A stretch of 64,000 bases of DNA from Octopus sinensis (Eukaryota): contig NC_043012.1 in assembly GCF_006345805.1 (NCBI RefSeq), positions 16,182,001 to 16,246,000 of the forward strand, written 5' to 3'. The notes under the pieces were generated by a model. The model was given only the letters and a program-made list of their open reading frames with translations, was not told the origin of the DNA and did not search any database. A program made the translations under genes and the position numbers. Positions within the stretch are counted from its first letter, which is position 1, and every line of letters begins with the position of its first letter. This document shows, piece after piece, positions 37,320-49,290 of this stretch.

Positions 37320-38040
37320 ATTTCCTGTTTTCGCTGTTATAATTGAAGACAACACAGCCAGGGGACTGGTAAACCTTGTATAAAAATAAATGGAGAACAG
37401 GACTTTGTTTTTTCTTAAAAAGAGTAATTTTGTCCGGCATTAAAATTTTGTCTGGCAATTCTTTCAGGTCTTGCTCGGTGGCCTGGATTACCAGTTCCAG
37501 GCCTTGGCCCCACCAGTTCAGCTTCTGCAGCTTGGTGACTTGGAGGAAGTTGATTATATCCTCCAAGTTTAGCAGTATAACTGCCGCTAGCCACACCACA
37601 TCGATCTCCGATGGGACCTCCCCTTTTTTTGATATTTGATGTCCGCTTTCCTAAATAATCTGGCAGCAGCACTAGTTATATTGACTTTGGGGCAGTTGTC
37701 GATTACTTCTTAGCTTCTTTTTGGGAAGCGAACCCGCTTCGACAGTTCCGAAGCGTTTTACTCGGGCTATGTTATATTTTGCCATATCGGCTGTAGGCAT
37801 TTTTCGATTGCTTCTTTAGTAGCCATTTCATTTTTTCGTTTGAGTGACAAGGTTTTGTATACTATTGTTTGCTGTTTGTGCTGTCTATCACTTCCCGAGG
37901 TGGGGTTAGTTTTACTTGATTCCCTCGTCCGAGCCCACCTTCACCATTTCGCTCGTGGCACCAGTCACAGACGCAAAGTTAACTTTGTTATTACTATTCT
38001 GGGGGTTCGTTTCTTTTGTATTCAGGTCACCGCCTAGCAT
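37320..38040 (-). pseudogene. Frameshifted ORF1/gag-like coding remnant, family not recognised
   Basis: MATKEAIEKCLQPIW, IARVKRFGTVE, VLLPDYLGKRTS, EIDVVWLAAVILLNLED and NWWGQGL align with the ORF at 63185-63870. Confidence 0.55.
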
Positions 38041-38049
38041 CGAACTCGG

Positions 38050-38240
38050 AATAATAATAACAACATCGAAAAATACTGTAGGAATGAGAACCTAGGTTCG
38101 AAATTTCCTCAAGAGACATGATGAAGGCTGGAGGGTATATCAGCCGAAATGTGTTAACAACAAAAAAGATGATTTCAAATACATGAGGACATGTAAATGA
38201 TGTAAATAATTCCTCATCTCTTAAATACAGAACTGTATTA
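38050..38240 (+). mobile_element. Penelope-like terminal-repeat fragment with a decayed hammerhead motif (38114-38155)
   Basis: ATGATGA-A-GGCTG-loop-CAGCC-GAAA-TGTGT; perfect 5-bp stem II, C3 and stem III mutated. Confidence 0.5.
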
Positions 38241-40930
38241 TGCTAAATATATTTAAATGGAAGAACAAATGGAGGAAAAAAGAAAACTTGGAGAAAATGA
38301 GATAATAGTAAAAATAGAAAAAGGATAAAATACAAGAAATGGAAAATTGGAAAATAGAAAAATGTAATAAAACATATCAAATTGAAGGATCAAAGATAAT
38401 AAATTTGCATGTGAAATTTTGAACGGAGAGAAAGCAAGAAATACAAATAAAATATAATAAAATATAAATCAAGAAAATGAAGCAGAAGCATATTGAGGAA
38501 TTAAAGCATGTGCCTTCGTCGGTTTTTTGATAATAGCACACAAGTATTACTACAGTGTTTCACTGATATCGTATAATAGCATGTGTAAATCTGTTTCGTG
38601 ATAATTTTCTTCTACTAATTAAAGAATTGTATAAAATCTGTAGGGTTGCATAAAGAAATAATGATTTAATGATTTCCAAGAATACCAGAGAATTTCAAGT
38701 ATATTTTAATTGTATTTGCATTAAAATTATTACGTAAGTACGAAGAATTTCTTAAACTACTTTTATTCTGATGGCGTCATTTCAGAACCAAATAACCAAG
38801 CTGTCATGCTAAGGAAGATGTCGCTGATTGATAGATCAAACGAATCCGGTTGCATAGAGTATAGTTTGAAGAATTCTCCTGCTAAACATCGAATTTTAAA
38901 GTTGCGTAATCCCTCGTAATTTAGTCACCATAAGGATTACGAGAGGAAAATATCGTTTCTTCTCACAGGATTCCTAAAAGAATGTTTTGTGAATACGGGT
39001 ACTTGAAGTCCCGTTCATTTAAACTTAAGTAGGTTTGTTCACTTTGATCTGTTCGTTTTAAATGCGCACATTACAGGAATCCTTTACAGAATCATTACAG
39101 AATCTAAATAATAGAGCAATTGCAGTCCTTGTTAGGCATAAGAATTACTGTAGTGGTTCCCATAGATCTTTTCGGTGATATCAGACATTAAACTCTTTAT
39201 TTTGCTAATGCAGCTGCAGCTATCAAACAGGTTTGTTAAATGTATTTTGACACCTGTGACCAATAGGCGAATGCCTCTTTAACAGATTTAAAAATATGTC
39301 GACGTTCATAGCAATAGCTAGGCTGGAGGAAGGATGAAACGCATAATATTGCAACGTCAATGATTTCCGTCGGATTTCTGTCGACGAAATTCTTCCCCAA
39401 GGTACTTCCCCAAGATATCACACTTTGGAAATGAACCTGAAACTACACGGCTGCAAAGTAAGTTATTTAACGACACAGCCATACCTGCGCCTATATTCGT
39501 AGATTTTTTTTCTTACTTAGTGAGACCTCAATTACCACATTAAGTAAAACACGAAATTTGGTGGTGTTCTATTTCCCTTTTTTTAATTTAAAGAACTATT
39601 TGAAAATAACTGTGAGCAAAAATGATTCTTTTAAAAAGAGACGATTAAAAATTGTTGATAACAAAATCAATATACAAGAAAGTAAGTAATGTTCTATAAA
39701 AACAAACCATTGCTTATTATACAGGTCTGACCTGATAATACTAACAACGAGTATGCATCCTAAGAAGGAAGCGTCGAAAAGAATGATTGAATCACAAGGA
39801 AAAGTTATTATTAATGTTTGTTACAATCTTTTGAAGTAAGAACAAATCCTGTAGCGCTGTTGCTCTTCGTGACGATACAAAATGTATCATAAAGAGCAAC
39901 AGCGCGAAACATTTTGTTGGGTCCCTTTCAAATTGCGCTGAATTTGTCCAATGAAGGTTAAACATCTTTCTACTTTTTCGCATTCTGTTGTATACAGAGC
40001 AATCAGCCGAAGAGCACATCTCGTGCATTAACGAAAAATGTCAACAGGTATTCCATAGTTTCGAACTCTGTTCCCTACTGACTCATAGTAACTGGGGGAA
40101 AAAACATAGAAAATCGATTATAACCGCTGAAAAAAAATTCTCAAAATAAATTAGGGTAGATTTCCCAAATTCCGAACTTAGTTATAAAGCGAATGTGTAA
40201 ATCGCGTATTGGGGACAACAATACGGGAAAGCTTCTACATGATTAACACATCGCCGAGTTACATGTTTTACATAATATTTAATTTTTGCAATTTGGTGTG
40301 GATGAACAGATCCAGTAGGAAACGCGAAGCAGCAGTGACAAAATTCGTTGATACTAAGTCAGTCCTGTATTGATAAATATATTGAAAGTTATGTCTGTAA
40401 TCCCTAAAATGTATATGAAAACATGCTTTGTCACGTTCCAGTAAGCAACATACCTTTGATGAATAAATGTTCATAATACAATCTCGCATACAATTTGTTC
40501 ACTTTGAAAAGTTTTTAAGTGTTATTTATTCACTACTGGAGAATGTTAAGTTGGACTGGCAGAATCTTAGAACGACGGACAAAATGATTCGCGCTATTTC
40601 TTCAGACTTTTCATGTAATTGGATCAAATCGTCCCAAAGCCAATTTTTCCATCTATCCTTCAGGATTTAATAAAATAATAATTCGAAAAAAATATAGGGT
40701 TCAATATCACTGTTGTGTGGACGCCCTCAGACGATAAAGTGGACTAGCCAGCCCAATACATAGATGTGGAGGGGGAAGTCTAGACGCCGTGAGTAGAGTG
40801 GAGAGAGTTCAGTTGAGTGACATAACAATCACCTAACATCCTTCCTCCATAATTGCCGAACTTCTTGCTAAACCATTATTTTTACCTAATATCTGAAAAT
40901 GTGAGTAATAAGTATATTAATGACTGTATT

Positions 40931-40972
<42 letters not shown>

Positions 40973-41872
40973 TATTGGTTCAAATGCAGTTCCAATGAGT
41001 ACAAATATCAATATGTGTGTTTCTGCTGTTTGTACGCGTATTTTTACGCTTTTGTCTCCTAATTTGTATGAATTAGTGCTTGTCAAGAATTTGAAGATGC
41101 AATATAAACGTATCAAAAATACAAATTAATGAACAAATTAGTTATTGTGTATACTTTGATGTCTTTTTTTCCTAGAAATTTTAATTCTAGAAAACTAACA
41201 TGTGCCTTCATCTAACTAAACGAAATATAATAAACGGAATTTCGAAATAAAAAAATGTCTATAATTAAACAAAAGTCTCTTTTAGAAGTATATTTAATCA
41301 TAGAAAATGTAAATTTATTCACATAATCCAGATTGTATTTCCACAGAATACAATTTCAATCAAAATAAATCCTCACTCAAATGTATAACTTAAATACAAT
41401 TACATTTGTTATTAACTTCAAATCATGGCGTCGATCATAGTTTGAAGGAGAACTTCAGTGTTTAAATATTTCCATACAACTATATTAATTCCAAGTAATT
41501 GTTTCTCGATATTTTAAATTTTCCCTGGTTCCACTGCACAATTTCTTCATGAAATAAGGATAGTTATCAAGTTATTAAATTGAAATATTAAATATTAACA
41601 TTAACTTTGTTGCACAGCATCTAATAATTGTAATTTATTCTGAAGACAAGGCAATACATCACATAAAATATTGTTTGCATTGGTAAAAGCCAGCAGTCAC
41701 CGCGGACAAAAGCATTAACGATTAGAGCATTTGAACAGTTAATTCACGTATTTTTCTCTTCCATACATATTTCGGAATATTTTCATCTTATCATTACACA
41801 AACGAAACAAGTATTCATTGCATTTCATATTCATCACTATTTGACGGAAGGATGAACGGTTATGGGAATCTA

Positions 41873-42215
41873 AATAATTAATAATTTTCCAAGTAGTTCG
41901 GTATGTTACAATAACCTTTATCGGTAACCTTATACAAAAAATTTATAATTATAAGCATAATTACAATTAGGGTTCAGCAAATTGCTTCACCACATACCTT
42001 CTCTTTGCCTCCGTGTATTAAGAGTATTGCTGTTTGGGAGATATCTTATGGTAGAGGAGTAGTTTTTAACAGCTATTTCTAAATTTCAGTATGTGGTGAA
42101 GCAATTTGCTGAACCTTAATTATAATTATGCTTATAATTATAAAATTTTTGTATAAGGTTACCGATAAAGTTTATTGTAACATACCGAACTACTTGGTAA
42201 AATCATTAATTATTA
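41873..42215. mobile_element. Foldback/MITE-like inverted repeat, arms of about 125 bp, spacer of about 90 bp
   Basis: 41873-41997 versus 42089-42215 with a few substitutions. Confidence 0.8.
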
Positions 42216-42265
42216 ATTAATTAATTAATTAATTTTACCCTTTATTACATATCTTTTGTTTTCTT

Positions 42266-42649
42266 TTTACTTGTTTCAGTCATTTGTCTGCGGCCATGCT
42301 GGAGCACCGCTTTTAGTCGAGCAAATCGACCCCAGGACTTATTCTTTGTAAGCCTAGTACTTATTCTATCGGTTCTGTTTTGCCGAACCGCTAAGTTACG
42401 GGGACGTAGACACACCATCATCGGTTGTCAAGCGATGTTGGGAGGACAAACAGACACACAAACACACATATATACATATACATATATACGACGGGCTTCT
42501 TTCAATTTCCGTCTACCAAATCCACTCACAAGGCTTTGGTCGGCCCGAGGCTATAGCAGAAGACACTTGCCCAAGGTGCCACACAGTGGGACTGAACCTG
42601 GAACTATGTGGTTGGTAAGCAAGCTACTTACCACACAGCCACTCCTGCG

Positions 42650-42652
<3 letters not shown>
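42266..42652 (-). mobile_element. SINE family B, full length
   Basis: As for 35055-35487. Confidence 0.92.
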
Positions 42653-42702
<50 letters not shown>

Positions 42703-42728
42703 ATACATGCATATATATATATATATGT

Positions 42729-42760
<32 letters not shown>

Positions 42761-42796
42761 TAATATATGCTTTTATCTTATGCATTAAAATGCATA

Positions 42797-43250
42797 AGCA
42801 TTAAGTTGCAAAATCATCGATGGTCTGGCTATGTCCTCTAATGTCGGACGTTTGCCTTCCTTGTCCGTCATTATGAGAGTGTTTTCGGTGGCTTTTGAGT
42901 TGTTTTGACTCTTATTTCTAGCAATATTGGTGCTGATTTGCGCCCTTTGTCACTTTAATAACGTTTTTACATTCTGCATTTAGGTTGTAAAATTGCGAAT
43001 AAGCCAACAATAACGTTTATGAAATCAGCGTGTGATTGCAACGGAAATCTTATAAACCGACAAGGTGAACTGAATTTAACCCTAGTCGCGGTGAGAGCCG
43101 CTGATGAGCATTGAAATGCGATATTATCCCTGATCTGGCTATGTCCGCGACTATAGAATGCTTGCCTCCCTTGTCAGTCATTAAGATAGTGCTTTCTGTA
43201 GTTATTGAGTTATTTTGACACTTACTTCTAGCAATATTTGTGCTGATTAA
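42797..43250 (+). repeat. Tandem units with a 310-bp period, each starting with a decayed hammerhead motif
   Basis: TCTGGCTATGTCC..CTAGCAATATT(G/T)GTGCTGATT at 42824-42940 and 43134-43250; CTGATGA-GCAT/ATGC at 43101-43119. Confidence 0.65.
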
Positions 43251-43283
43251 TGCCCGTTATCAATTTAGTGAAACTATATTTCA

Positions 43284-43328
<45 letters not shown>

Positions 43329-44149
43329 CACACACCCATATGTATATGTATATATGTATGTATGTATCTATGTATGTATGTGTGGGTGTGAGTGTGTGTT
43401 TTTGTGTGTGCGTAAAACCAAATCTTATTTCTGAACTTCATCTCTTCAAAGAGGGAAAGGATATACCCTGAGAAATATCTTGTGATGATTCAAACAATTA
43501 ACACATAATATTTCTTATCTTATATTCTTTCCCTCTCTGCAGAGATTAAGCTCAGAGATATGATTTTAATATTTTTTTAATTCTACTGTGCATAATTGAA
43601 ACAGCTCTAAGTTACAATGATCGAGTTTGCTGATAATAAACTGTTATTAACATTGATATATCCATTTTCTTATTCTTCATTTACATGAATATAAATCATG
43701 GTTTATATATAAACCTGTTATTTTAAGGATATTAGCCTCCTCCAAAAAAATATTGGGTATTGTACTAGCATTTCCTTGGATGATACCATCCCTTTACGAG
43801 GCTATTATAACCTCTACTTGAACTATACATATATGTAGAGTAGAATATTCAGTGGGCTGTTATGTATGTATGTGTGTGTATGGGTGGGTGGGTGTATGTA
43901 TGTGTATATGCACATGTATGCTAGCATATGGATATGAAAATAAACAGAACATACAGACGGATAGGTACATAGGTTATATGAACAGACAAGTACATATACG
44001 CAAATGGAGACTGAAACATATGACCATATATACACACAAGCTTTACGTCACACGAGGACACATATGGAGATACACATCTATACCTACAAACACGGTACAT
44101 AGTTGCAAAACACACACACATACACTCAGATGTATGCACAGAAGATTCA

Positions 44150-44900
44150 TTGAAACTCAAATTATCAGGCTATGAATTTCAGATGAAATATGATCCCCAC
44201 TTGCTTTCAGAATTTCAACTGGAATGTCATGTAATCCAGGAGCATTACCTGATCTCAGTTTATATAATGTCAGATTTACTTCTTCAATGGAAGACGTATC
44301 GTTCATGTGTTGCACTATCTCTCTTTTCGGAATGTTGTTTATGATGTCCATGTTCACCACAAAAGGATTGTGGAAAAGATCTACGAAGTGTTCTCACCAC
44401 CTATTCATTATTTAAGGCGGATCTTTAATAACCTTATTTCCATCTTTTGACTTCAAGAGAACGTATTATGAAGACTGGAGTCCAAAAGCTTGCCGCAATA
44501 AAATATAAAACTTATTAATGCCTTTCTTGTCATAGGCCGCCGAGAATCTTTAAGCCTCCTGAGTTCTTTTTTCAAGTCTGCTTTCTGAGACTTGTACAAC
44601 TTTTCTAGTACTTTGTTCTTTACATTTGGGTCAAGAAGCTTTTCTTGAGTGGAACTCTTTGTTGCTAAAAGCTCATTCCATATCAATGGAATCAAACCAG
44701 TCTCGGCGCTTTCTCCTTTTAAAACCTAACACTTCTGATCCTGTTTTACATATTCTATCCCGAAAATATTCTCATGATCCATCAAAATGAACATTGCTGC
44801 CTCTTTCCCGAAATAACTGCAAAACTTGTGATTGTTTTAGCTGCTCTACATCGATTCTCCTTGGTACTCGTACAGCTGCACTACAAATCTTCTTGTGCTC
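44150..44900 (-). pseudogene. RTE-clade LINE ORF fragment (linker to RT N-terminus)
   Basis: VPRRIDVEQLK, LGFKRRKRRDWFD, NRW*EHF, SIEEV..LRSGNAPGLHDIPVEILK. Confidence 0.8.
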
Positions 44901-44907
44901 CCTGAAC

Positions 44908-44990
<83 letters not shown>

Positions 44991-45061
44991 TAGACAGAAT
45001 GTGATAACAAAGCCAAGAAGCCAAAGCTGTGAGAAATTTCCGGGACATTTATAAGGAGATA

Positions 45062-45109
45062 GTCTTACATCTGTTTCTGGGATATTATAGATATCCCTTC
45101 ATCGGAGAC
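45062..45109 (-). ncRNA. Minimal hammerhead-like motif, same family as 21716
   Basis: Minus strand GTCT-CCGATGA-A-GGGATAT-CTATA-ATATCCC-A-GAA-ACAGATGT-A-AGAC; perfect 7-bp stem II. Confidence 0.6.
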
Positions 45110-45210
45110 GGCGTGAGAAAGTTAAATAGAGGAACTATTTGAGTCCGAATTATTATGGAAAAGGAGCAGATATTGCGGAAAATAAGAGAATAAAAGATAT
45201 ATATTTTTTA

Positions 45211-45434
45211 TTTCTTTGTTGCCCACAGGGGGCTAAGCATAGGGGGGACAAACAAGGGCAGACAAAGGGAATAAGTCGATTACATCGACCCCAGTGTGTG
45301 ACTGGTAGTTATTTAATCGACCCCGCAAGGATGAAAAGCGACCTCGGCGGAATTTGAACTCAGACCATAACGGCAGACAAAATACTGATAAGCATTTCGC
45401 CCGGCGTTCTAACGATTCTGCCAGCTCGCCGCCC
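45211..45434 (-). mobile_element. SINE family A, full length
   Basis: Reverse complement of the family A consensus. Confidence 0.9.
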
Positions 45435-45974
45435 TAGTAGAAATAAGATATATAAAGATATTGTAGTTGCAGATTCATTATTCGAGGAAAATGGTGTATA
45501 GATTGGTAAAAAAAGTTTCCTGCACAAGTCATGTAACTTCCACTAGCAGTTCATGTTTAGTCATTTCAAAGTGGATTCTGTGTTGCTCGCTCGAAAGGGT
45601 TTTGTGGTGTGAATGAAAATTTGAGAGTGTATTGCTAGTATTTGTGGACAGATGGGTGAGGATAGATGGGTATGATTAGAATGACCTATCTCATCATAGC
45701 ACGGAATTTTGTCAGTGTACAGGTCGCGGTCTCAAAGCAACGAAAATATTTTGGCAAATTAAATTTAAATGTTGACGTGAATCTAACGGTTTTTATGTTT
45801 TTAAATTGCTTATAAACAACTTCCACGGTGCAATTGTTTTTATTTTAGCACAGAACAGGTCACTTGCTATGCAAGTATATCTCCGTAATATTATGATATA
45901 TTATTATAGTTATTATTCTAGAAATGGACTTCCATAGCCACTTTCTGTCTATGACTTACAAAGCCTTCTAGTTT

Positions 45975-46367
45975 CTTTTACTTGCTTCAGTCATTTGATG
46001 CAGCCATTCTGGAGCACCGCCTTTAGTCTATCAAATAAAACCCAGGACTTATTCTTTGTAAGCCTAGTACTTATTCTATCGGTCTCTTTTGCTGAACCTC
46101 CAAGTTACGGGGATGTAAACAAACCAGCATCGGTTGTTAAGCGATATGGGGGGGGGGGGCAAACACAGACACACAAGATATACACACACACACACATATA
46201 TATATACGACAGGCTTCTTTCAGTTTCCGTCTACCAAATCCACTCGCAAAGCTTTGGTCGGCCCGAGGATATAGAAGACACTTGCCCAAAGAGCAACGCA
46301 GTGGGACTGAACCCGGAATCATTTGGTTGGTAAGCAAGCTACTTACAACATAACCACTACTGCGCCT
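45975..46367 (-). mobile_element. SINE family B, full length
   Basis: As for 35055-35487. Confidence 0.9.
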
Positions 46368-46530
46368 TTACATTACTCCTGGACCTATATGCCAAACTGT
46401 AAAAGTGTAAACAACGAATTTTCAAAGGTGGCTTATTAGTTGTTTGAGACAAAAGGCAAAATTAATACAGATCACAAAATTGACTGAGGCTACTTACTAC
46501 CACCTCTTTTGCTAAAAATATATCATATAT

Positions 46531-46589
<59 letters not shown>

Positions 46590-46687
46590 GGGAGAGTTTA
46601 CCAAAGAAACAAAAGACGAAGACAGGTGGTGTACAAGACAAACAAATGTATTAGTATAACGCTCAGGAATAGAAAAAGTCTTTTCAT

Positions 46688-46749
<62 letters not shown>

Positions 46750-46764
<15 letters not shown>

Positions 46765-47557
46765 AACGGCAGTTTGTCTGTCTGTGTGTCTGTGTGTCTG
46801 TCAGGTTGTACCCTCACCCTGACCACGGCTTTCAACCGATTCTGATGAAACTTGACACACACGTAGCCCAATGTCATAATTCAAAACTAACGCAGCGAAA
46901 ATTTTGAAAAGTTCCCCCAGTTCTGAAAAAAAATCGATAAATTCGACATGGGTCGAGAATCTAAACTTTTTATATGCAACACATTTTCTACAGACTGTCA
47001 TGGGGTCGCAACTCGACCTTTTTAACTCTCGGAACACGTGGGGTAAGTATCCCAAAATGTATAAAAATGTACAAAAACGGCAAAAAGGCGGGCAGCAATG
47101 TGAGTGACAACAACGAAAAAGTCAAAAGTGACCAAACTGAACAAACGAATGGAAAAGGTTTTTTGATGCACACGACAAAAGCGGTTTATAATAAACCAAG
47201 AGTTTGCAAGTAGCGTCCGAGGACCCTTAGGGTACGTCAAAAATTTAAGGTAAAACGTTTGGGGTGGTAGTTATAAAGAAAGTGTAAACAAAAAAAGTAT
47301 TCGAATAACTTGCGGCTGCAGCAGCTATTAGCAGAAGTGGCGGTGTTGGGGGTAAAGTCTCGAATGTAATTTCTTCCTGGTAGGAATTGGTTGGGTTGAA
47401 TTATCGATAGCTGTTTGATAGTTATTTGGGAGTGAAGAGAAGGCATTGCAACCTACACATACGCCTTCGTTCCCTAGAGGGAAAGGACTAGATTGGGATT
47501 AGTCGTTGCTTACTAGGGGCTCTTACATACCCGGGCAACGCCGGGCTATGCTGCTAG
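46750..47557 (+). mobile_element. Non-autonomous Helitron
   Basis: Starts in (TA)n, then (GTCT)n and TCAACCGATTCTGATGAAACTTG; 3' hairpin CCCGG-GCAACG-CCGGG (47530-47545), then CTAG (47554-57) followed by T. Confidence 0.8.
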
Positions 47558-48873
47558 TATATATATATATATAAATGTATATATGCATTTAGTAAATTAT
47601 TGCATATTAGTAAATATAGATGCAAAATGTGTTTTCCCTATTTAAAAATTTAAAAAGGCAATGAGCTCAGAAAACATGCTTTGCAATATTAGTTCGATCT
47701 CTTTAAATTCTGAGTTCAAATCAACAACTTTTTCAATCATCAGCCAGTCGTCGATAAAATAAAGTAGCAATCCAAATACTGCATTATTATTATTATCGAC
47801 TAAAACACAACACTAAACATTTCTGGCACTCTGTCTATATAAGAAACAATAAACGTTTCTATTTTAAAATTAAAGAAAACATTTCATTTCTGCTTAGATT
47901 TATTATGGTCAATAATTTTGTAATGTCATATAGAGTATAAATTCGTGAGTTTGTATGCATACATACATAGATTGATAGAGAGAGGTTGATAGATAAATAG
48001 AAAGAGATACTCCTTCAGTTCTTATTTCTGTAAATGCTATTAACGATCTGACGTATTTTTTTCTATTCTTCTTGAGAATATAAACTGTAAAATGATTGGG
48101 AATGTCTTGCAGCCTGTTTCCTTCTCTTCACAATTTAACACTCGATAACAAATACAATGTAATTGAGAAAGCATTCTTTAGAATCCTTATATATCTAGCT
48201 TTATGATGAATAATACTTTTTGTTTGTCTTTTAGATAATTTCTATAGAATATTGGATTCTCTCGTAAGATATTATATATTAACAAGCAGTTTCCATTTTC
48301 ATTGTCATCTAAATAAATCGGAGTTACAAATTACCTTATTTATTATGTGTTAGATATCCAGTGATTATTTGTTCAAGTCAGGATATGGAAATTATTGATT
48401 TCTTGCAGCAATCCCACTCTTAGAATTTCTGTAATATGCTCCATAATTAATTGTGTGCGTGGTTATCTTTAGATTCATTCCAAGATTCCTAATATGCTAA
48501 CTTGCAATAGAGAACATTTCAAAATTCCAACTGTCAGACAGGATATATTTTGGTGAATGTATATTTAGTAGTACAATTATTTGAATATAAAATAAAACCA
48601 ATATCTAATAGTATGTGTTGTTTTTCATACTATGATATTTAATAAATTTAAGATAATATTTTCATTAGAGCATTGTTGAAAATTTTGGTGTGAACACTGA
48701 ATTAACTGAACATAATTACTAAAGTCAATTGATGGGCAAAATTCGAATTTCAAACGCATAAAATGTTAATTGTTAAGTGTCTTATATTCCGGGGAAATGT
48801 TCAATGCTGCTAACTCGTACTAACTGTGAAGTACTTAGATTTCAAATTTTGATGATTTGCACAATAATTCACC

Positions 48874-49290
48874 AGGCGCAAACGTGGCTGTTTGGTAAGA
48901 AGCTTGCTCCCCAACCACATGGTTCTGTGTTCAGTCCCATTGCATGGCACCTTGGGCAAGTGTCTTCTACTATAGCTTCGGGCCAACCAAAACCTTGTTA
49001 GCGGATTTTATAGACGGAAACTGAAGCCCGCCGAGTATATAAACCCATTGAATATATATATATATAAGTGTGTGTGTCTGTGTGTATATGATTTTGAGCT
49101 CGTGCTTGCCTCTCAGCACTTGAAAACTGTGTTAGTGTGTTTACGTCACCGTAACTTTGACGTTCGGTAAAAAAAAATTGGATTAAGTAAGAGAGAGTAA
49201 ATACCAGATATAAAATATGTCCATTTTATTTCTTACATCCTTCAGGGCTATGCTCCAGCGTGGCCGTAATCTGATTATTGAAACAAATAA
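48874..49290 (+). mobile_element. SINE family B, decayed
   Basis: AGGCGCA..GTGGCTGTTTGGTAAG, CACCTTGGGCAAGTGTCTTCTACTATAGC, decayed tail GCTCCAGCGTGGCCG. Confidence 0.85.

Noticed and set aside
39214-39230. 17-nt micro-exon (GCAG|CTGCAGCTATCAAACAG|GTTTGT)
   Set aside because: Splice-like signals of this quality are expected by chance and cannot be supported without reads
46841-46852. CTGATGAAAC as a hammerhead core (also CTGATGAAG at about 63830 on the minus strand)
   Set aside because: No stem II or III; the first is part of the Helitron 5' motif and the second lies in an ORF1-like remnant
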